A stretch of 64,000 nt of DNA from a virus (taxonomy: Duplodnaviria; Caudoviricetes). The position numbers and the translations under genes are program-made. Location of the stretch: positions 1 through 64,000 of IMG/VR virus record IMGVR_UViG_3300013901_000015, one strand, 5' to 3'. The notes beneath the pieces were generated by a model, which searched no databases, was not told the DNA's origin, and saw only the letters and a list, made by a program, of their open reading frames with translations. Positions 34,468 to 44,800 of the stretch are shown piece by piece (within the stretch, counting starts at the first letter, position 1; each line of letters begins with the position of its first letter).

Positions 34468-34514
34468 TGGGGAGCGGCGCCAGCCGCTGGGGGCGCTGCC
34501 CCCTTATCTCCCCA
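34468..34514. repeat. T-shaped double-hairpin repeat, copy 3
   Basis: TGGGG-AGCGGC GCCA GCCGCT-GGGGGC GCT GCCCCC-TTATCT-CCCCA. Confidence 0.85.
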
Positions 34515-34569
34515 AGGTTCTCTTCCCTCTCTCCCCTGAATATACCTACATACACTCCAAGATACATTT

Positions 34570-34613
34570 CATCGTACTTCCATCGGAGTTACATCGGACT
34601 TGTATCGGACTTA
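34570..34613 (+). repeat. Four 11-bp iteron-like tandem repeats
   Basis: CATCGTACTTC CATCGGAGTTA CATCGGACTTG TATCGGACTTA. Confidence 0.75.
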
Positions 34614-35181
34614 TCCAAGAAGAGCGCATTATACTTTGAGATACCCTCGAAATATCCTCTCTAGACCATTGTTTCTAGATTGGCGAAGAATCCAGCACAA
34701 AACAGAGAAAAGCCCCGAAAACGGCTGAAATTGGCTCTAGATGGGCTTAAAAATGGGCTTAAACTGGCTCAAAACTCTCGAATTTGGGAGAAATCTCGGG
34801 GAATCGGGCGAAAATCGCAAAAATCGCTGAAAATGACTTGACTTCGAGTGTAACAAGCCCAAGAATGGGAGGAACACAAGGTTAAATCTTCTTAACGACT
34901 GCCTTGTGCGTGCGTGCGTACCTATTAATGCAACTAGCCGAAATCGAGGTAAATGAGCACAAAAGGGCAAATTATCATTTATCTTTACACTTTTGTTTTA
35001 TACTGTCTCGGAAACGATTGAGACTAAACATCTAATAACCAACTACTTGTATTTTCTTTACAATAATCGCTTTATTTGACAAAATGGCTCAGTTTAGGGC
35101 TGAATAGGTGAATGGGGTGAGGGTAAAATGCGCCCCGACTAACACATTTATGAGGTTTTGAGGACAAATTACCCTCATCGT

Positions 35182-35219
35182 GGTATCGGCAAAAGCGACC
35201 TTCAAATATTATATATTTG
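35182..35219 (+). promoter_or_regulatory. Putative late promoter GGTATCGG-N22-TATATTTG
   Basis: Same architecture as 5670-5707. Confidence 0.6.
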
Positions 35220-35247
35220 CCCTCGAAATCATCAAATAATAGCTATT

Positions 35248-36033
35248 ATGACAGAAATATTACTTAGAATCCCAAAGGACTTGACTGCATCCCCAGTGAT
35301 GGCAGACAAGAAGGAGTGGGTATTGGGTGCTGCCAGTCTTGCAGCAGGTGTCGCTTCCTCCATCTTTGGCGCAAACAAGGCGAAGAAGGCAGCGAGAAAG
35401 GCGCAAGCCGAGAACACTTACAGGACGAACGCTGAAAAGGCATGGTACGATAAGAACTACAACACGGACTACCTAGACACCAAGGCAGGGCAGAATCTTA
35501 TGAGACGTGCCAAGGAGGTGCAAGATGAGTATGTTCGCAAGGCAGATGGCGCTGCGGCTGTTGGTGGTGGCACTGCCGCTTCCGTGGCGATGGCTAAGGA
35601 GCAAGCAAACAAGGCGATGGGAGACACGATTGCCAACGTTGCAGCCCAAGACACTGCAAGAAAGCAACAAGTGGAGGATGCTCATCAACAGAACGTAATG
35701 CAGTTGAGCAGAGAGAGACAACAGATTGAGCAAGACAAGGCAAATGCTACTTCTCAAGCGGCTCAAAATATGTCGAATGCCCTCTTCTCGGCAGGTGTGA
35801 ACCAATTGGGGTCAGAACTAGAAGGAGGTAAAGGACTGAATAAGAGCGGTTTAACCAATCCAACACCTACACTTGATAACAAAAATGTAACACAAGTGGC
35901 TGAGGGACTATCACAGAGAACCAACCCGAACGGATTATTGAATCCTTCCACCACTAGCGGACACACCTTGCTAGATGATGCGGTGGGAGTGCTCAACAAG
36001 AAGAAGCCAGTCGTGCCCCATGTTGGAGTGTAG
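35248..36033 (+). CDS. Ejection/DNA-transfer protein (P22 gp7-like)
   Basis: Hydrophobic LGAASLAAGVASSIFGA followed by Ala/Gln-rich helical body; start MTEIL. Confidence 0.65.
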   Translation: MTEILLRIPKDLTASPVMADKKEWVLGAASLAAGVASSIFGANKAKKAARKAQAENTYRTNAEKAWYDKNYNTDYLDTKAGQNLMRRAKEVQDEYVRKADGAAAVGGGTAASVAMAKEQANKAMGDTIANVAAQDTARKQQVEDAHQQNVMQLSRERQQIEQDKANATSQAAQNMSNALFSAGVNQLGSELEGGKGLNKSGLTNPTPTLDNKNVTQVAEGLSQRTNPNGLLNPSTTSGHTLLDDAVGVLNKKKPVVPHVGV

Positions 36034-36276
36034 GAGATAGGTAGAAGGTGGACGGACGAGCGACCGAGGCAAGGAGGACAGGAAGACAGGTGTAAACATC
36101 GACCCCAAGACCCCCACCCCCTTTGACCACCGTTGCAAATTATAGTAGATAAATACATAAATAAAAATGTCCTCCACCCCCACCCCCCTCTTTTCCAGAA
36201 TGGGTTTTCCGATTTTCCCCACCCCCTTAAAAATCGAGAAGTGTTAATAAGTTTAAACGTTTAAATAGAATAGATT

Positions 36277-37470
36277 ATGACATTAGAAGAAGCAAAGAAG
36301 CTATTGAAGAAGGAAGGTTTTGGATTTCGTAAAACATCACGCCCTCTTACTGTCTTTTCTAAGACTTTTGATAGATATGAAAGTCCTGAAATTGTAGAGG
36401 CTATGCACGTTCTTGTTAAAAACAAATATAATGTGATAATGGAGTCTCGCCTTTTTCACAAGCGCAAGGAACGCTTGAAGAGGGAGTTTGAGAAGAATAC
36501 TACAGCTCCTAGAGGAGACTCGTCAGGCATAAAAGGCGAAGGTGGCATTCCGTTGAGTGCAACAGAAGGAGTGCATTTAAAGTGGGCAGACAATAATAAC
36601 ACAGACGAGAATCCTGCCCTTGAAGAGTCTGCCAAGCTGTTCAACGATGCTTTGTTGGACGAGCAGGCTAAGAAGATTGAGCACTTGGACGAGCTTTCCG
36701 CTTCTCGCAACAAGATCATCGTGAAGCAGAGCAAGAAGATTAGCAAGCTAAGAAAGATTATTCGTGACAAGGATGCTGTTTTGTCTGACGTATCAGAGGA
36801 GCTTCGCCTTTCAAAGGTTCGTGAGGAGAATCTTACTTCCACCTGCCAGAAGTACTTGAAGGAGATTGAGGACTTGGGCAAGGAGCTGGCTGAGACTAAG
36901 AAGATGATTGGTTGGGTACGCAACGCTTCTAAGGAGTACTGCGACTATGGCGTGGATGCTAATAATTTAATCAAGGAGTTGGCTCGTTTGTATGTTATAG
37001 CCTGTAATGACGGTAGTTTCGACAAAGCAATGATTGAACGCTGCAAGAACTATCAGAAGTATGGATTCCATACAACTTGCAATAGAGAGACTATAAAGGA
37101 GATTGACGAAATCGCTAGCCGTCAAGAGTATATGAGAACTGCACCAGAGGAACCTTGTGGTGAGCCTAAGAAGTCAATCAACACAGGCGATTATATCTCT
37201 AAGGAGGAGTTGATGAAGATTCAAGAGGAGGTTGTCCGCAAAATAACAACGCCACCATTTTCTCCTATTTCTGAGATGCGTAAAGGTAATGGAATCCTAG
37301 ACCAGATGGTGGTTGGTGTTGACCTTGGGAAGGGAAAAGACTATACTTCTCATATCATTGTCATTCCAAATGATAATCCTGTCAGCAAGAAGCCTAATCG
37401 AGGACGAGATTATGGAAGGCTGCAAGGAAATGATGCGAATGAACATCAAGTTGATGCGAGATTTGTTTGA
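36277..37470 (+). CDS. Coiled-coil hypothetical protein
   Basis: 397 aa. Confidence 0.6.
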   Translation: MTLEEAKKLLKKEGFGFRKTSRPLTVFSKTFDRYESPEIVEAMHVLVKNKYNVIMESRLFHKRKERLKREFEKNTTAPRGDSSGIKGEGGIPLSATEGVHLKWADNNNTDENPALEESAKLFNDALLDEQAKKIEHLDELSASRNKIIVKQSKKISKLRKIIRDKDAVLSDVSEELRLSKVREENLTSTCQKYLKEIEDLGKELAETKKMIGWVRNASKEYCDYGVDANNLIKELARLYVIACNDGSFDKAMIERCKNYQKYGFHTTCNRETIKEIDEIASRQEYMRTAPEEPCGEPKKSINTGDYISKEELMKIQEEVVRKITTPPFSPISEMRKGNGILDQMVVGVDLGKGKDYTSHIIVIPNDNPVSKKPNRGRDYGRLQGNDANEHQVDARFV

Positions 37471-37487
37471 CGAATAATCGTTAATCT

Positions 37488-38861
37488 ATGAGTAAGTTTA
37501 GACCAAACAATAATAATAACAATAATGGTTCTCAGCCTCAGCAGCAGAGAGTGCCTATTGCCACTACTGGACCTAGCTACATGGTTCAGCAGATGGCGGC
37601 ACAGAACTTTGCGATGAGGAACGGAGGGCAGTTGCCTACTACTATGGCTGGTGCGCCGAATGGGAATGCTCCTGCGGTGGCTGCGGCTCCTATGAGCATG
37701 AACTTCTTTCAGCAGAATGGCGGTGCGACTGGCAAGTATGAGGCTCCTGTCTTGCAGCAAGAGCCTGACCTTACGCCTTCCACTCCTGCCCCTGCCCCAG
37801 AGTATGGGACAGAGGGAGTACAGTTCGCCAATCCTTCACAGCCTCAGCAGAATGATATGGATTCCTTGTCGGCTGCTCTGAATGTCTCTGGCGTTTCTCA
37901 TCCTCAGCAACAGGTTCCCGAGTTTCACGCCGACCCTTCACAGAGGGACGGAGGTTTCTTTGGGTGGCTCAGTGGCTTGATTCCAAAGAATAGACCGGGT
38001 ATGCGTGAGGGCGAGACTCCAGACGAGTATGATCGCCGAATCACCACCAACAGGGAGCGTATCGCTGCGTTCGCCGATGCCATCCGACACATGGCTAACA
38101 TAGTGAACACAGCAAAGGGTGCGCCTCTACAGCAGTTCAACGATCCTACTGCCATGCTCGAACAGGGCTATCAGAACAGGAAGGCTCAGAGAGCACAGAA
38201 AGCGGCGGCGGATGCCAATGCAGCTTACAAGATGGCTAACATGACCTTGAAGGAAAGGGCGGCTGAGGCTGCCGATGCTTACAAGCGAATATCTCTCGGG
38301 TACAAGGAATCGGCTGACAGAAGAGAACGAGACAAGTTCAACTACCAGATGGCTAAGGATGCTGCGGCGGCTCAAAGACAAGCGGAGCAGGATAAGCAGA
38401 AGCAGAGCAACTGGGAGAATCAGTTTAGATTCAGACAGCAACAGGCGGCTATCTCCAATGGTCTCAGACAACAGTCCATTGATAAGCGTGGAAGTGGTAA
38501 GTCTGGAGGAGGCGGTCGTGGTGGCTCTGGTTCTGGAAACAGCTATCCTTTGTACAACCCAGTTACAGGTCAGACCGAACACTTCAAGAACGAGAAGAGC
38601 TGGATTGCCAGAGCTAATGAACTTGGATATAAAACAGATACCCCTTCGTCTAGCACTACGAGCCAAGAGGTATATAGCAAAGATGGAGTTAAAAAGGTAT
38701 CAAATACTACCAGAGGCAATTCGGTTGCGGCTCAAATCGGTAAGCAGATGGCTCAAAAGAAAGCGGCTGCTAGAAATAAGCCAAAATCTACTCAAAAGTC
38801 AGGAGGAAGCGGAAAGGGTCACAATGCCCTGAACGCTTGGTTTAAGAAGAATAACAAATAA
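37488..38861 (+). CDS. Internal virion/ejection protein
   Basis: 457 aa, Q/A/G/P-rich low complexity, directly upstream of the giant gene. Confidence 0.6.
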   Translation: MSKFRPNNNNNNNGSQPQQQRVPIATTGPSYMVQQMAAQNFAMRNGGQLPTTMAGAPNGNAPAVAAAPMSMNFFQQNGGATGKYEAPVLQQEPDLTPSTPAPAPEYGTEGVQFANPSQPQQNDMDSLSAALNVSGVSHPQQQVPEFHADPSQRDGGFFGWLSGLIPKNRPGMREGETPDEYDRRITTNRERIAAFADAIRHMANIVNTAKGAPLQQFNDPTAMLEQGYQNRKAQRAQKAAADANAAYKMANMTLKERAAEAADAYKRISLGYKESADRRERDKFNYQMAKDAAAAQRQAEQDKQKQSNWENQFRFRQQQAAISNGLRQQSIDKRGSGKSGGGGRGGSGSGNSYPLYNPVTGQTEHFKNEKSWIARANELGYKTDTPSSSTTSQEVYSKDGVKKVSNTTRGNSVAAQIGKQMAQKKAAARNKPKSTQKSGGSGKGHNALNAWFKKNNK

Positions 38862-38875
38862 AACATATTACATAT

Positions 38876-41800
38876 ATGGGATATGACAGAATAGATTCGA
38901 TGTACGATGCACTATCCAAGGATGGCGCACAGATTGGTACTAGACAACAATTCAAGAAACTCATGCTAGCGCCTGGTAAGCAGGGCTATAAGAACCGACT
39001 GGGCTTCTATAATGCGATGAAACAGGACGGTGCCCAGATTGGTAACTCATACGAGGACTTTGCTCGGGCGATGGGGCTTCATGCGGTGAAGCCTCAGCAA
39101 GCTAGAGCACAGAAACCTGTGTCTCAGCCTAGCAAGCCTATGACTACTGCAGAGAGGGCAAGGCAGATTGGTCAGGAGTATATGCAGGGAAAGGCAGGAA
39201 AGAGCAAACAGGCTAGTGCTGGCAACACTTCTAGCACCGACTATATGAAAAACTGGCAGTTGATGCACAAGCGCAATGACCAGATGACTCCAGTCGAGCA
39301 GATGCAAGCCAACACCATGCGTTCTCGCATGCAGCAAGCACAGAAACAGGCTAGTCAACAGGAGCAGCGCAGGGCGAACCCTATCAGTCAGAGCAGAATC
39401 ACGCCGACTGCACAGAATTTCAACGAGACGATGCAACAGCTTTCGTCTTCACAAGCAAAGAGGGCTAGAGCGGTGCAGCAGCGAGAGGATGATGCCAGAA
39501 ACTTGGCTCAATATGAGGTGGAGGGCAATCAATTTGCTCATAACGATGGCAAGTTTGGAACCATTGCGCCAGAGATTGATTCTCTAGTTGCTCCTTCAAT
39601 GAAGGAAGCGGACGATCTGTCTTGGACTCAGTATCAGCAGGACTTGAAGAATGCTGGCAATGATGCTTATCTGAGAAACAAGGCTTGGAAGGACTTGCAG
39701 GACAACAGAATTAAAAACCGCCAGAACGTACTTGCAAACAACCTTAGTGCAAAGTTGCAGGAAATCTACTCTCAGAAAGGGCTGCAGGAGCACATTGTAC
39801 AGAGTGCAGATAAGCTGAATATGGGCGTTGAGGAGTATGTGGATAAATATGTTACCCCTCAGATGATGCAGCGTGCTCAGAATATTCTCGGCGTGAAGAA
39901 TATCGAGGAGATTTTGCCTCAGAGTGCCACGGAATACGTGGTGAGAAGACTCAGCGACTCTATCTTGGGTACTTTGTCGGCAGGACAGGATAAATCGAGA
40001 GAACAGATTGCCAGAGAGCAGGAGGCGATGGCTATTTCTGACGGATTGGAAGAAATGCCTACAGTAAAAGGTTACAAGGCAAACGAAGGCTACAAGTCTG
40101 GTGCCGGCGCACGATTTGCTTCTACGGCTGCTAACATGGCGATGGACTCCCCTATCCTCGGAATGACAGGCGGCGCAGCTAATATGTCGGTCGATTTGGG
40201 TAAGCAGGTACTGATGGGAGGTCTCGCCAAGGCAGGATTGGTGAAGATGGGTGCCAAGCTGACCGCACAGCAGTTGGCTTTCAAGGCTGCCAATATGACT
40301 ATGGCGCAGAAGATTGCTTCTGGCTTGGTGGAAGGCTCGGCAAAAGGTGCGCTCAACTTGGGTGGTTACTCTAGTATTACGTCTGCACTCGGACAGGCTT
40401 CCACTGGTAATGATACTTCTTTGTCGGCATTGGGAAAAGCAGCATTGGAAGGCTTCGAGCACGGTGCCACTACTGGTGCGATGTTCGGCGTGTCGGGTGC
40501 TATCATGGCTCCTTGGGTGTCCAAGTTCGGCATCAACGGATTGGAGACTAGCACAGGAGAGAAATGGTTGCACGGCGCACAGAAGCTTGGTGCCACTGGT
40601 GTAGGTCTCGGCGTGGAGGCAGGAACAATGATGGTCGCAGACAATATCACTGGTGACAAGGATATTTCCGTAGGCACATGGTTGGAAGACTTGGTGATGG
40701 TGGGCGCATTCAAGGCAGGAGAACCTAAGAATTACGCCCATATCGGTAGTGCTCTATATGGTCTTGTGCATAACACCAACAACACCTTCCGTGTGGGAAA
40801 AGACCAAAACGGCAAATGGCGTACGGTGGACATACACATGACGAAGGACGAGCAGAACGAGTTGATGAACTCTGTTTCTGGCAAGAACCTCGTGGAAACA
40901 TTCCAGAAGGTGGATAAGTCTAGCCTCAACTCAAAGACTCCATTGGATAAGAGTATCACCAAGCAAGCTTATCAAGACTTCATGAACGACCCTAACGTAT
41001 CGCAGAGCACCAAGGAGAAGGTGAATGCGGCGATGGGATTGTTCAATACAACGAGTGCCAAGAGCTACCGTAGTGTGAACGATGTGCAGAACAAACAGAT
41101 TCTGGAGTATTCGAAGAACGGTACCTTGCTCACTCGTACCTCTTATAAGAATGCAGATGAACGCCGTGCCATCCTATACAAGCAGAAGTTATATAGAGAC
41201 AACGAGGAAATGAGGTCTTTAGCAGGTTACTCTAAATTGAAAGACTTACAACCGACTGACGAGAACGGAGAGGTTACACGGCTCGCCTTTGCGTTTCTTA
41301 CAGACAAGGGGTATAATCCAAACGAGACTGTTACGGAGGCTAACAATGCTCGATTAATTGCAGGGTTGCGAGACAAGAACAGCGACCTGTACAAGGAATG
41401 GGAGAAGTACGTGGATAGATTCGGTTCCCTCGGTATGCTGATTTCCGATACAAGAACGTGGAAGAATGGCTTGTTGGAGGTATTCATCGGAGACAGAGAA
41501 ATAAGCCTTGACACCATCATGCGCAAAGACCCAATGAAGCGTACGGATGAAGAGAATAAGATTTTCTATCAAGTAAAGGATGCTTTAGAGAGCGAACTAT
41601 TCCCTAACGGTAAACCTCATGCCGATCAGAGCGAAACACAGGGACAGAGTGTTGCCGAGGACAACAACCTTGGAACCGACCAGCCTAACGGAGAGGCGGT
41701 GAAGCAGGAGTTGAACGGACTGAGACAGGCTGAGACTGAAATGGACGTGCTGATGCGAGACAATGATGTGTTCAGCCAGAACTTCAAGAAGCTACAGAGC

Positions 41801-44800
41801 CAGGGTCTTACCAATCCTCAGATTTATGATTGGATGGTTCAGAACGGACTGACACAGGAACAGTTGGAACCATTTGCCCATTATATCAATGCGAACGCTA
41901 GAGTGCAGGGTATGCAGGAGGCTACCAAGCAGAAGATTGAGGAAGTGGTGAGCGGTGTCGTGCAGGATTGGTCTTACCATGGAGAGCTGAACGGTCAGAA
42001 GATGAACGGCGAACAGGTGGTTTATGTGCAGGACAGCGAAGGCAGAACCTTGATTGTTGGCTCTGGAGACGTGGCATTTGACTCTACCACTGGGCGTGCG
42101 AAGGAAGACGTGGGCGATCTGCTTATCTGCTTCGACCCTAACACCAAGGAAATGGTGTACTTGAAGAAGGATGATGTTACCTTTATGCAGACTCAGAATC
42201 CCGATGATTTCGGCAATGAGTATCGCCAGAGATTGCAGATGATTAACTCTCAGCCTTACAATGAGGCTGCTCAGGAACAGGCGATGCAGGATGCAGGAAA
42301 GTCTGAAAATCAGAATCAATCGGAATCAATCGGAATCAATCAGAATCAAAATTCGGAATCAAACGGAAGCGAGAAAGCACCACAAGTTGATACCACTTCG
42401 CCAGAAGCTAGTACCATAACGGCGAAAAATAATACCACAAAAGAGGGCTTAGCACCACAAGAGCAGCCTCAGCAGACCAGAAAGTTTGCAGATGGCACCG
42501 ATGTGCCTATGACCAAGGACAGCAAGGGAAGACCTACGCCCGACTATGGAGCGATGAAGCCAGAACAGGCGGCTGAGATTCTTTCGCAGGACTTCGGAGA
42601 GAACGCCGAGAAGGTGGTTGATGGGCAGATTAAGAAAGCCGAGAAGGCTTTGAAGGATGCCGAGAAGATGAAAGTGGACTACACCGCCGAGCCTAACGAC
42701 ATCTTGGAACAGGAGCAAGTGAAGGCTCAGACCGTGGAAGCTGCAAAGAAACAGCTTGAACAGGCGCAGAACATCAAGAAGGCGATGACTGCCAAGGCTG
42801 TGGCGGAGACCGTTGGCAAACCTACCGATGAAAAGGTGGAGGGTGCTAACGAGGCTAGCAGCGAGGTAGCCAAGAAGTTCCAGAATGCGCCGAGATTGCA
42901 AGGCAACCACGTAAGCAAGCGTCTGCCAAACGGCGATAAGATTAGCGGACACTATGAGATTGTTCCTGCCGAAAGCTTGACTCCTTCGCACGATGTAATG
43001 AATGACTATAAGAAGTCAGAGGGCTTCCCTGTGGATGCAGAGGGAAGAACTATAAATGATAGAGACTATGAGCACGACAAGGCGGCGCAACAGACCACCG
43101 ACCAGATGGCTCAGAAGTACAGCGGACAGGCGATTTCTCAGGTGCCTACGGTATCTGACGAGGGTATCGTTTACGATGGCAACGGAAGAACCATGGCAGG
43201 ACAGAAGGCTGCGAAGAACGGTACAGATGCTGAATACATCGAGGACTTGATGGACAATGCCCAGAACTATGGCTTCACCAAGGAGCAGATTGAGCAGAGT
43301 GGAATCGAGCATCCACGTCTTGTGATGGTAACTGATGAAAGATTGCCTTATGATACGGCTACCTTCTCCATGTTCAACAGAAACGAGAAGAAGACGCAGA
43401 GCAACACCGAGCAAGCTGTGGCTAAGGCTAAGACCTTGACTAGCGACGAGGTGGGTGCCATCGTTGCCGACATTGAGGGAAATGGTAGCTTGGATGCTTT
43501 CTTTAACAATTCCAAGGCAATAAATGACTTGGTGAAGACGTTAGTAAGTAAAGGTGTCATCGGACAGAACGAGGTGGCTGGCTTCATGGATGGTCCAGAC
43601 AGACTGTCGGCGCAGGGCAAGGAGTATGTGAAGAACCTCTTGCTTGGCTCTGTGTTCAAGCCAGAGACTATCCGTATGCTTGGAGTGGATAGCAAGATCA
43701 AGAACGCTGCCATCAATGGCATTCGTGCCATCATGGATAACTTGAAGCTGGGCGACTACTCTCTGCGTGACGAGATAGACCAAGCCATACAGTTGCTCTA
43801 CGAGGCTGGAAGAAACAAGATGAGCGTGGATGACTTGCTGAAACAGAGCAGTGCCTTCGAGGAGAACGCTAGGGATAGATTCCCGATGATTGCACAGGCT
43901 ATGGCTCAGGCTCTGGAGGATAAGCCTACGACTTTCAGAGAGTTGATGAGCGAGTACAACAACATCGCCAAGAACTACAACACGAACGAGGGCACCTTGG
44001 GATTCTATGATAAGTTAACGCCTGAGCAGGTTGTGGAGGAGTTCCTCAACGCTAGCAAGGCTATCAAGAACAATAACATCAAGCTATATGGAAAAGAATC
44101 AGAAACTGAAAGAAGCAATGATGCTGCTGGCAATGAAGAACCTTCAAATGAAGCAGGAGGTGCAGCTGGCACAGAAGGAAATGGGAATGCTGAAACAGAA
44201 CCAGAAATAAAGGTTAAGAAAGCATTGAAGCGCATCGCTACCGAGATTACCAAGCAGACAGGTATCGAGGTGGTGACGGATGAGCAAAAAGCCAAGAAAG
44301 CACTTGATGAAACAGAAAACATCAAGGTACAGCGTGCATCCGCAGGTAGCACAGTTAGTGGTATGGAAAAAATGCCAAAGGGTTTGCAAATGAATCCTAG
44401 CGTATTGACCGACCAGATACTTAACTATCATGGCGATCATATCGCAAAGCTACTTGGTGAAGTACCAGAGGATAGTACTGTTAAGTATTTCTCTGCACAC
44501 AATGGAGTTTGGTATTTCTACCGAGTAGATCATGACCGCAATATCATCCTTGATGGTGCCATTTCTGCCAACAAAGACAATTATCGTGAATACGAACAAA
44601 AGATAAAAGAGTATTATGGAATTGACGGCGGCGCAGAAGCTATTTATAATTATGTGCAAGAAGCAGGGTTTGACACAGGAGCAAACCGCAATTTGCATGA
44701 CTATTTTCTCGAAGGAGGAAATACGAGACATTCTGCAATGGGTGAGCGACCTAATGAATCGCAAGGGGAAGCCAGAGTTGAAGACAACAGAACTTCTGGA

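Noticed and set aside
34570-34613. Possible CRISPR or mini-array
   Set aside because: Contiguous 11-bp units with no spacers; no cas genes in the window.
37300-37370. VVGVDLGKGKDYT motif resembling a terminase nuclease site
   Set aside because: Isolated short motif without the rest of the RNase H fold.
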